Assembly (NCBI GenBank): GCA_030426475.1
Contig: JAUHYR010000006.1
Location: 6,197 to 30,196, forward strand
Reading direction: 5' to 3'
Source: Bacteroidia bacterium
GTDB taxonomy: Bacteria > Bacteroidota > Bacteroidia > Flavobacteriales_E > Vicingaceae
DNA length: 24,000 nucleotides
Position 1 is the first letter of the stretch, and each line of letters opens with the position of its first letter. A program made the translations under genes and the position numbers. Shown here piece by piece: positions 16,418-24,000 of the stretch. Under the pieces are notes generated by a model. That model was not told where the DNA came from. It saw only the letters and a list, made by a program, of their open reading frames with translations, and did not search any database.

Positions 16418-17394
16418 TGATTGTAGATAGCTTTGATAGAAAACATACCTATTTGCGAATATCATTAATTGATAAATGTAATATGCGTTGTACATATTGT
16501 ATGCCGCATGAAAACATGAAGTTCTTACCCCAAAAAAACTTAATGTCTGCCAATGAAATTTTTGAGTTGGCAAAAACTTTTGTTGAGCTGGGAGTTACTA
16601 AAATTCGTTTGACAGGAGGAGAGCCATTACTCAGAAATGACATTGAAAACATAATTACTAAACTCTCTACACTAAACACTAAACTTAGTATTACCACAAA
16701 TGGTTTTTTGATAGATAAATATATAGACGTAATAACTAAATATAATATTAGTGTAAACCTAAGTATAGACACGCTTGACGAAAAATTGTTTCATTCAATT
16801 ACAGGAAGAAATTACTTTGAAAAAGTGAAGCAGAACATTCTTTTATTGCTTGAAAATAATGTTCCGTTAAAACTAAACATGGTGTTAATAAAGGGACTAA
16901 ACGAACATGAAATTTTGCCTTTTGTTGAGTTAACTTTAAAGTACTATATTGATAGCCGTTTTATTGAATTTATGCCATTTAAAGACAATCAATGGGATTA
17001 CTCTAAAACAATTTCTGAAAAAGATATCCTTGAAAAAATTTCCGAAAAATATGATTATGAGAAGCTGAATGATTCTATTGATTCTACCTCTCATAATTAT
17101 AAAATAACTAATTCAAAAGGAACTTTTGGTGTCATAAGTACAATTACAAAACCTTTTTGCAGTGGATGTAACAGAATAAGGATTACTGCTGACGGTAAGT
17201 TAAAAAATTGCCTGTTCGACCAAAAGGAAAAAGATATACTAAGTGTATTAAGAAGTGGGGGAGACCTAAAACTGTTTATTAACGAAGCATTTATTAATAA
17301 AGCTTTTTCCAGAGGCGGATTGGTTGATTTTAAGGAAAACTCTGCTCAACAAGAATATCAAAAAAACCGGCCAATGATTAGTATTGGGGGATAG
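16417..17394 (+). CDS. moaA: GTP 3',8-cyclase (radical SAM)
   Basis: YLRISLIDKCNMRCTYCMP (CX3CX2C), IRLTGGEPLLR, a C-terminal CSGCNRIRITADGKLKNCLF cluster and a terminal GG. GTG start shares 1 nt with the moaC/B stop. Confidence 0.9.
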   Translation: MIVDSFDRKHTYLRISLIDKCNMRCTYCMPHENMKFLPQKNLMSANEIFELAKTFVELGVTKIRLTGGEPLLRNDIENIITKLSTLNTKLSITTNGFLIDKYIDVITKYNISVNLSIDTLDEKLFHSITGRNYFEKVKQNILLLLENNVPLKLNMVLIKGLNEHEILPFVELTLKYYIDSRFIEFMPFKDNQWDYSKTISEKDILEKISEKYDYEKLNDSIDSTSHNYKITNSKGTFGVISTITKPFCSGCNRIRITADGKLKNCLFDQKEKDILSVLRSGGDLKLFINEAFINKAFSRGGLVDFKENSAQQEYQKNRPMISIGG

Positions 17395-18691
17395 GATTTT
17401 GTTTTTCTTTAGAGATAATCCAAATCATTGTTATAAAAAGAAAAATGTATTCTACTGATACTAAAATTAAATTCTGAGAATATTCTTCTTCCGAATAGGC
17501 TCCGTAACTAAGCACTACTAAAAACGACCAGGTTATTGCAATCCATTTATATTTAGTAAAAACTCCAAGTAAAACGAGTGTAGATAAATACCATGGATGA
17601 ACTGTTGTAGCCATTAGTAAATAGAAAAGAAGAGCAAAGAAACAAGCTGTTAAAAAGCTTTTATCTGATTTTTTCTTGTAAAAGAATAGGGTAGAAACTA
17701 TACCTAAAAAGGTAAGGACTCCCATAACCGGACCAATAAAATGAATAGTATTCCAACCTTTTATCCAATATCCAACTTCTCTAACCAAAAAATAAATACT
17801 AGCATTAAACTCAAAAGATTGAAAATATAAATCAAGACTTGAAAAAAAGTTACTGATTAATTCGAACGATAAAAAGGGAATAAAAATGAGTACACAACCT
17901 AAAGTTGTGATTAAGTAGTGGTATAAAGTCTTTTTAATTCCAAGAGTTTTGATTAAAACAGGAAGAAAAATTAATGGAATTAACTTTGTGCCAATAGCTA
18001 GTATCCAAAAAATAGAAGAAAAGAGAATCTGATTTTTAACTGCAAAATAAATTGCTGCGATGAGGAAAAAAATCATTACACCTTCAAAGTGTAAATTTCC
18101 TGTTAGTTCAACTATTATAAGTGGATTTAAAATATAAAAAAGGGATAGATTTTTATTTAGATGGAAATGTTGTAGAAGCTTTGGAAGCATTAGCATGGTT
18201 CCAATTTCAGCCAGAATAATAAAACTCCTAAGAGCAATGATTTCGAAATAAATATTTCCGTTTCCAATAAAGCTTGCTAGCCCAAAAAACAACTGATTAA
18301 TGGGGGGATAAACCGTAAAATAATTTTGAGAATTCATATTCTCAAATAAAAAATGAAAATCTTTATCGGAAGTAGTTTGAATAAATTCTGAAGGTAAAAT
18401 CAAATAAGGATTAATGCTATCAATAATCATTCTTCCGTCCCAAATAAAACGATAAAAATCATCACTAAGTGGTGGTACTGAGAATAAAAATATTAGCCTG
18501 AAGAAAACAGCATATGCAACTATTTCCTTGAAATTAAATGTTGGTTTTTTAGCTATGTAAATATATCCTGAAAACAGTAAAGTGTAACATAACATTAGAA
18601 TTTCAAAATCACTACGATTTAAATAATAAGCACAATAAAAATAAATGAGAGAGCAGAAGAAAAGAATTATTTTTTCTTTAATACCATTCAT
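17378..18691 (-). CDS. Polytopic membrane protein, putative GT-C-fold glycosyltransferase (DUF2029/PIG-M-like)
   Basis: 437 aa with more than 10 TM segments. The first-loop acidic motif is PPLSDDFYRFIWDGRMIIDSINPY. ATGA overlap with the upstream processive GT2. Confidence 0.5.
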   Translation of the reverse strand: MNGIKEKIILFFCSLIYFYCAYYLNRSDFEILMLCYTLLFSGYIYIAKKPTFNFKEIVAYAVFFRLIFLFSVPPLSDDFYRFIWDGRMIIDSINPYLILPSEFIQTTSDKDFHFLFENMNSQNYFTVYPPINQLFFGLASFIGNGNIYFEIIALRSFIILAEIGTMLMLPKLLQHFHLNKNLSLFYILNPLIIVELTGNLHFEGVMIFFLIAAIYFAVKNQILFSSIFWILAIGTKLIPLIFLPVLIKTLGIKKTLYHYLITTLGCVLIFIPFLSFELISNFFSSLDLYFQSFEFNASIYFLVREVGYWIKGWNTIHFIGPVMGVLTFLGIVSTLFFYKKKSDKSFLTACFFALLFYLLMATTVHPWYLSTLVLLGVFTKYKWIAITWSFLVVLSYGAYSEEEYSQNLILVSVEYIFLFITMIWIISKEKQNPIPQY

Positions 18692-20178
18692 ATTTTTTTT
18701 ACAGATATTTTAGAATGGTAAACTGATGAGTAGGCTACATAGCCAAATCCGAAAGCAAGCATAATATGAAAGGGCAGCAATCCAAAATCTTTAAAAACAA
18801 AGGCGTAAAAAATACCGATTAAAAAGTAAACGGATAACAGCGCCTCTAGTATTGTTAAGAAGGAAATATTACTTATTAAATATTTATTTCCTTCCCATTT
18901 ATCATTTTTAGATATAATGTTGAACTTTGGTGTTCTGATGAAAGCGGTCTTTTTTCCAAAATAACCTTCTAATACTGCTATAGCATTATGCAACGACAAG
19001 CCCATGGAAATAGATAGAAATAAAGGAAAGTAAAGGATAAAATCTAAGTAGTCTAAGCCTGTTAACTTTTTATCTTTTGTATTTGAAACAAAATAAAAGA
19101 TTCCTAAAAATAATAGGCTTAGTAAAAAGATGGAGGCAAACTTAAATAGCTGATTATATTCAGTGGTTTGATTTTTAATAAATAATATTGGAATGCTTGC
19201 TAAAGCTGTGAAAATGATGGTAATAAAAACACTACTATTCATTAAATGGAAAATTGCATGAAGCTTTGTTTTTAGCGTTAGATTATTTGATAATAATACA
19301 TTTCCCAAAAGCTTTTTAGTGCATTCTGCAGCCCCCTTTGTCCACCTATATTGCTGTGTTTTTAGAGCGTTCATAGCGGCAGGAAGTTCAGCCGGAGAAC
19401 CAATGTCTTCTAAATAAATAAACTTCCATTTTTTTAATTGAGCGCGATAACTCAAGTCTAAATCTTCGGTTAAAGTATCTGATTGCCAGCCACCGGCATC
19501 TATTATACATTTCTTTCTCCAAATTCCGCCTGTTCCGTTAAAATTAATAAAGTGTCCTCCATAATTTCTACCTCTTTGTTCTACTGAAAAATGTGCGTCT
19601 AAACCAAAAGCTTGTAGCTTCGTTAACATTGAATAATCTTTGTTTAAGTGCTCCCATTTAGTTTGAACGGCCCCTATGTTTTCATTTTTAAAATAAGGAA
19701 TAGTGTGAACAAGAAAATTTTTATCCGGCATAAAGTCCGCATCAAAAATTGCAATAAATTCGCCTTTACATGCTTCTAATCCTTTAGCAAGAGCTCCGGC
19801 TTTATAACCACTTCTTTCTTTCCTTCTGAAGTGTATAATATCAATTCCTTTTGCTTTCCATTCAACTACTTTTTTAGCAATAAGTTCTGTAGTTTCGTCT
19901 GTGGAATCATCTAAAATTTGAATTTCAAGTTTTTCGATTGGATAATTTATTTGAGCTACTTTGTCAATCAATCTATTCGTTACATAAAGTTCGTTAAATA
20001 TTGGAAGCTGGATGGTAACAACTGGAATATTACTTGGATTAGTAATATCAAGAACTTCTAGCTTAATGTTTTCTCTTTTGCTTTTAATATAGTTCATTAC
20101 CAAGTTAATTTGAATAATGCTGTAGCAAAAAATGAATAATAAAGCTATTCCATAAAGTATAATGAGTAGTAATGCCAA
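18688..20178 (-). CDS. Membrane-integrated processive family-2 glycosyltransferase (CslA/BcsA/GT21-like synthase)
   Basis: N-terminal TM segment, then ILDDSTDET, AIFDADF, LTEDLDLSYR and QQYRWTKGA (D, DxD, ED, QxxRW), followed by a C-terminal multi-TM block. TTG start at comp(20178..20176). Confidence 0.8.
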   Translation of the reverse strand: MALLLIILYGIALLFIFCYSIIQINLVMNYIKSKRENIKLEVLDITNPSNIPVVTIQLPIFNELYVTNRLIDKVAQINYPIEKLEIQILDDSTDETTELIAKKVVEWKAKGIDIIHFRRKERSGYKAGALAKGLEACKGEFIAIFDADFMPDKNFLVHTIPYFKNENIGAVQTKWEHLNKDYSMLTKLQAFGLDAHFSVEQRGRNYGGHFINFNGTGGIWRKKCIIDAGGWQSDTLTEDLDLSYRAQLKKWKFIYLEDIGSPAELPAAMNALKTQQYRWTKGAAECTKKLLGNVLLSNNLTLKTKLHAIFHLMNSSVFITIIFTALASIPILFIKNQTTEYNQLFKFASIFLLSLLFLGIFYFVSNTKDKKLTGLDYLDFILYFPLFLSISMGLSLHNAIAVLEGYFGKKTAFIRTPKFNIISKNDKWEGNKYLISNISFLTILEALLSVYFLIGIFYAFVFKDFGLLPFHIMLAFGFGYVAYSSVYHSKISVKKI

Positions 20179-20179
20179 C

Positions 20180-20872
20180 CTATATATATTTAAAAATAGT
20201 GATAATGATTTTATATCCTGCTAAAATAGTACCTTTTATGGTTCCGGAAATTTTAGAGAAGCCAATTCTTTTTCTATAATTTACAGGAACTTCAGTTATT
20301 TTCATTTTATGTTTTGCTGCTTTTAATTGCATTTCTACCGTCCATCCATAAGTTTTATCGACCATGTTTAACGCTAGCAACTTTTCAAATTGAATTGCTC
20401 TGAATGGTCCTAAATCTGTATATTTTATTCCGTAAATTAATCTCAGTAAAGAAGTGGCTAGCCAGTTTCCGAAAATTTGGGGAAAAGTCATAGAGCCTTT
20501 CTCTCTCTTCCCTAAAGCACGTGAACCTATGACTAAATCTATATCATCATTAATAATAGGGTTTACTAATAATTCCATTTCTTGAGGATAGTCTGAATAA
20601 TCTGCATCAATAAATACAATTATATCAGGTTTTTCTATGTGGTTTTTAAAAAACTCAATTCCTTTTAAGCATGCTCTACCATATCCATTAATAGGTTCAT
20701 CAACTACTATTGCGCCTGCTTTTTTCGCATTTACTTCAGTTTCATCAGTAGAGTTGTTATTTACAACTACTATTATGTCTACCCACTTCGGAACTTCATT
20801 AATAACATTGCCTACAGAATTTTCTTCATTAAAAGCAGGAATAATAACACCTATTTTTTTTCCTTCTTTCAA
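20180..20872 (-). CDS. Small family-2 glycosyltransferase, polyprenyl-phosphate sugar synthase-like (DPM1/GtrB/ArnC-like)
   Basis: IGVIIPAFNEENSV, VVVNNNSTDET and FIDADYSD in a 230-aa protein. TTG start at comp(20872..20870). The conserved N-terminal motif leaves no ATG alternative. Confidence 0.8.
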   Translation of the reverse strand: MKEGKKIGVIIPAFNEENSVGNVINEVPKWVDIIVVVNNNSTDETEVNAKKAGAIVVDEPINGYGRACLKGIEFFKNHIEKPDIIVFIDADYSDYPQEMELLVNPIINDDIDLVIGSRALGKREKGSMTFPQIFGNWLATSLLRLIYGIKYTDLGPFRAIQFEKLLALNMVDKTYGWTVEMQLKAAKHKMKITEVPVNYRKRIGFSKISGTIKGTILAGYKIIITIFKYI

Positions 20873-20915
20873 AACAGAAATATTGGCTGAATATCAAAAT
20901 AGTATTGCAGTAGCA

Positions 20916-22478
20916 TTATAGATTTAATTTAATGCCATCATTACCAATAATAATAGGATTTTCTATTATTCGGTTTTCTTCGGGTCCGTTTTCTAGTTTT
21001 AAAACACCTCTAGGGCAAACTGCTGAACAAACCCCACAGCCTACACATGAAGCCCTAATAATATTTTCACCTCTTTGTGCATACCATCTTACGTCAATTC
21101 CCTGTTCGCAATAGGTAGAACAATTGCCACATGAAATACACTGTCCTCCGTTAGTGGTAATTCTAAACCTTGATTTGAATCGTTGTATAATACCCATGTA
21201 AGCCGCTAAAGGACAGCCAAATCGGCACCATACTCTGTTGCCAAAAATAGGATAAAAGCCTGTGCCAATTACTCCTGCAAAAATAGAACCTATCAAAAAT
21301 CCGTAGGCTTTTTGTATGCTGTATGTTTCTATTCCCAGTAATGTATTTTCATTGGTGAAAAAAGTATAAAGAGCAGCAGCCGTCATTATAATTGCAAAAA
21401 CCAGTACTCCATGAACTATCCATCTTTCAAACTTCCATGCTTTTAAAGTTTTATTGGAGTGCTGTCTATAAGGGTCACCTAAAGTTTCTGCTAACCCTCC
21501 GCAACCGCAAACCCAACTACAATACCATCTTTTTCCATAAAAATAGCTAAATACAGGTACAATAATAAGAGTGAGAACAATACCCCAAAATAACATAAAT
21601 GCCCCTATTGCTCCACTATTTAGTAGGTTGTTTATGTTCCAATCAAAAAAGAAACTATAGTTTAACGGCCATGCATTTTTGAAATCCATTGAGGGTTGAT
21701 TAAACCTGATTAATAATTCAGGTATTAAAAAAGCAAAGGCAACCTGGAAAAAAAGCACAGACGTTGTTCTAACAATTTGATATTTATTATGACGATATTT
21801 TATGTACATTCTAACGGCCATAGTTAGCATTACGGTGCAGTATAAAACACCATATAAAAACCATCTGCTTGCAGGATGTCCGTTAAGTAATAAGCTTAAA
21901 GGGTTAACTAAAAGAATTTGATTAGTAAGCTGGGCAGGATAGAAATAAAGTAAAATATAAAACCCTATTAAATAGGCAAAAACGAAATAGGCAATTAATC
22001 CTCTGTTAGTGGAAGGTCTTCTATAAATGTTATTGTTTTTTATGCCGGGCGGACCAAGCAAAATCACATCAGGTAGAAAATACATTATTGCACCTAATAC
22101 TCCAAAACCAAAACTTATTAAGAAAAAAAGTAGAATATTGTTTATATAAAAACCAGTTGCTGAAGACTTAGTTATACTTAGCGCAATGTCTTGCGGGTTG
22201 TCATGCATGACTTTATCCCATTCATGCTTATTTTTGAATGTTTCGTTTTTGAACTCATATTCATTTACAAAGACACTGGAAATTTCCCATGTGTATGAAA
22301 ACCTTTTCCCAACTAATTTTTCTTTCAGCTTTTCTGAAAGGTTCGCATACTGTTGTTCAGAAAGCGTTGATTTTAATATGTCATTAGTTACTTTATAACT
22401 CCCTATAAATGGGGAAAAAGTAAAAACAGTAATCCCAATAATAAAAATGATTAAGCCTATTTTTTGAAGTAATTTCAT
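20916..22478 (-). CDS. Membrane-bound polyferredoxin (NapH/CcoG-like 4Fe-4S binding protein)
   Basis: N-terminal TM segment, an extracytoplasmic region of about 100 aa and several further TMs. Motifs are WYCSWVCGCGG and WCRFGCPLAAY (CxxxCP type), then CISCGNCSTYCEQG and CVGCGVCSAVCPRG (2x[4Fe-4S] ferredoxin domain). Confidence 0.75.
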   Translation of the reverse strand: MKLLQKIGLIIFIIGITVFTFSPFIGSYKVTNDILKSTLSEQQYANLSEKLKEKLVGKRFSYTWEISSVFVNEYEFKNETFKNKHEWDKVMHDNPQDIALSITKSSATGFYINNILLFFLISFGFGVLGAIMYFLPDVILLGPPGIKNNNIYRRPSTNRGLIAYFVFAYLIGFYILLYFYPAQLTNQILLVNPLSLLLNGHPASRWFLYGVLYCTVMLTMAVRMYIKYRHNKYQIVRTTSVLFFQVAFAFLIPELLIRFNQPSMDFKNAWPLNYSFFFDWNINNLLNSGAIGAFMLFWGIVLTLIIVPVFSYFYGKRWYCSWVCGCGGLAETLGDPYRQHSNKTLKAWKFERWIVHGVLVFAIIMTAAALYTFFTNENTLLGIETYSIQKAYGFLIGSIFAGVIGTGFYPIFGNRVWCRFGCPLAAYMGIIQRFKSRFRITTNGGQCISCGNCSTYCEQGIDVRWYAQRGENIIRASCVGCGVCSAVCPRGVLKLENGPEENRIIENPIIIGNDGIKLNL

Positions 22479-23818
22479 TAAGAATTAAAGCTTAAAATTC
22501 TTTTCCAACTTTTGGATTTAGGTTTAACATAGGTATTGTTTTTCAGGTTAAATTCATTCAAAATTTCCGGCTCATAAGATTTGTAAAATTCAGGATCAAA
22601 ATTGGCATCTTTTAAATGTTCAAGTACATATTCAACGGTTCTTTTTTCTGTTAACCATTTGTCAAAAGCATGATGTCTCATTCTTAGCCCATAAAGGTTT
22701 ATGCCGTGAAATAATCTGGTATCTTTATCATAAGCTATTCTTAAAGCAATTTTTCTAGATGAATCTTCCCAATAAAAATGTTCTTCGTTTTCAATAGGGG
22801 TATTAAAAACCCACCCGTAAGTTTGATATTCAATATCAAAAAATTTAGCAGAATTAAACCAATGCCCAGGATTGTAAGCTAACCTCTTTCCGCAAATTGT
22901 GTTTGCAACTGTTTCTCCCATCATTCTTCCGGTATACCAAACTTGTTCAATAGGTTTTCTCTCTTTTTTAGGGTGTTGTTTAAACTGTGCACAATCTCCA
23001 ATGGCGTAAACATCTTTCTGGTTAGTTTCAAGGAATTCATTTACTAATATTCCTTTATCTAGTTCTATATCGCTACCTTTTAAAAAATCTATGTTAGGAG
23101 TAACTCCTGCCGTTAAACCAACCAACTCACAGGCTATTTCTTCATCTTTATTTGTAATTATTGATTTAACTCTTCCATTACTATCTGATATAATCTCTTT
23201 TAATTCTGTTGCAGTTTTCAAGTCAACATCATGTTCTTTCATGTGCCTCATGATTAACTCACTATCTTCTTTTGGTAAAACATTTCCCCAAAAGGATTCT
23301 TCTCTTATTAAAAACGTAACAGGATAATTTCTTGTAAGTAGCATTTCGGCTAATTCAATTCCTATTAAACCACCACCGACAATTACGGCTCTTTTAATTC
23401 CATTTTTAGTATTTTCCTCAAGTTCAAGTAAGTCTTGATAACTATATAAACCTTGAACTCCTTTTAAATCTTGACCCGGCCAACCAAATTTATTAGGTTT
23501 TGAGCCTACAGCTAGTATTAGTTTATCATAAGAAATAGGACTGCCGTTTTTTAATGTGAGAGATTTATTAGTGAAGTCTATTTTCTCAACATAATCCTGA
23601 ATAAGATTAATTTTATTTTTTTCCCAAAACCATGGTTCATAAGGTTGAGTGTGTTCAAACTTCATGTGCCCCATGTAAACATACATCAAAGCAGTTCGAG
23701 AAAAGAAGTATTTGGTTTCTGATGAGATAACGGTAATGTTTAAATCACTTTTTTTTCGAATATGCCTGGCAGCAGTTATACCCGAAATTCCATTACCTAT
23801 GATTACAATGTGCTCCAA
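22478..23818 (-). CDS. NAD(P)H/FAD-dependent pyridine nucleotide-disulfide-family oxidoreductase with uncharacterised C-terminal domain
   Basis: IVIIGNGISGITAA (FAD GxGxxG), AVIVGGGLIGIELAE (NAD(P)H) and VYAIGDCAQ. TTG start at comp(23818..23816). Its TAA stop shares 1 nt with the ATG of the downstream polyferredoxin (TAATG). Confidence 0.85.
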   Translation of the reverse strand: MEHIVIIGNGISGITAARHIRKKSDLNITVISSETKYFFSRTALMYVYMGHMKFEHTQPYEPWFWEKNKINLIQDYVEKIDFTNKSLTLKNGSPISYDKLILAVGSKPNKFGWPGQDLKGVQGLYSYQDLLELEENTKNGIKRAVIVGGGLIGIELAEMLLTRNYPVTFLIREESFWGNVLPKEDSELIMRHMKEHDVDLKTATELKEIISDSNGRVKSIITNKDEEIACELVGLTAGVTPNIDFLKGSDIELDKGILVNEFLETNQKDVYAIGDCAQFKQHPKKERKPIEQVWYTGRMMGETVANTICGKRLAYNPGHWFNSAKFFDIEYQTYGWVFNTPIENEEHFYWEDSSRKIALRIAYDKDTRLFHGINLYGLRMRHHAFDKWLTEKRTVEYVLEHLKDANFDPEFYKSYEPEILNEFNLKNNTYVKPKSKSWKRILSFNS

Positions 23819-24000
23819 AAAAATTATCGTTGATTAGCAAATAAAGTTATTATTTTATTCACTTAAAGCTAACTTACGGATAAAATTTTAAAATAGTTTT
23901 GAATAATAACTTAGAGGAAAAGAAGATAAACGAAGAAAACTAATTACTTTTTTCCCAATTTATATTCGCAAACAAACTGTCAAAATATTTTTCAAATTCG

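Noticed and set aside
595-23327. Thirteen short antisense or shadow ORFs from the track: 595..888, 3341..3553, 3954..4199, 4792..4989, 6380..6577, 8728..8913, 9831..10073, 10554..10790, 16449..16772, 20637..20921, 20932..21114, 22186..22398 and 23091..23327
   Set aside because: Each is 60 to 107 aa. All but 8728..8913 and 20637..20921 lie fully inside a longer opposite-strand CDS with clear family motifs, and those two extend only into short intergenic gaps (8728..8754 and 20873..20915). Their peptides are compositionally odd (S/I/F/L-rich) with no motifs. This is typical of antisense frames in AT-rich DNA.
23819-23939. Promoter for the FAD-reductase operon (looked for TAnnTTTG on the minus strand)
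   Set aside because: There are only near-matches (for example TAACTTTA), and nothing is exact enough to call.
23940-23999. Possible 3' end of a minus-strand CDS entering from beyond the window (EFEKYFDSLFANINWEKSN*)
   Set aside because: Only 19 codons are visible and there is no motif. It may be real, but the window alone cannot support it.
1-24000. Scan for CRISPR repeats, tRNA/rRNA, IS or transposase ends, integrases, long direct or inverted repeats, and toxin-antitoxin or defence-like gene pairs
   Set aside because: None were found. Non-coding space is limited to about ten gaps, each roughly 120 nt or shorter. Every long ORF has a housekeeping or envelope-type assignment or is a lipoprotein.

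Overview
This is a densely coding, AT-rich window (roughly one-third G+C by eye). It looks like ordinary chromosome of a Bacteroidota (Flavobacteriia-like) bacterium. Supporting signs are a T9SS C-terminal sorting domain, many lipobox lipoproteins, a MoaC/MoaB fusion and a TAnnTTTG-type promoter box. I support 28 complete CDS plus one edge-truncated CDS (1..317, minus strand) that the ORF track misses. I see no rRNA, tRNA, CRISPR array, IS or transposase, integrase or long repeat. Modules in order: BamA-like OMP (partial) and a CBS protein; pdxJ, an alpha/beta hydrolase and a lipoprotein; a LuxE-like adenylating enzyme flanked by lipoproteins; a pair of coupled multicopper-oxidase-like genes; a GT-C-like membrane protein; a DUF785 protease, RimK and an AstE/AspA-like triad; an arsenosugar cluster (arsM, arsS, AhpD-like); a six-gene Moco operon led by a TSUP permease; and a five-gene minus-strand block (FAD reductase, membrane polyferredoxin, GT2, processive GT2, GT-C). 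I do not see an obvious new defence or mobile system. The best novelty candidates are architectural. First, the MCO pair divides the four HxH copper motifs between two separately secreted proteins. Second, a flavin/FeS membrane redox pair sits directly upstream of a self-contained three-glycosyltransferase module. Third, a RimK module may have two candidate erasers. The genome is also very compact: all four convergent gene pairs overlap at their 3' ends, two of them through a shared CTAG, and about a third of starts are non-ATG. All functional calls come from motif recognition by eye, with no database search.
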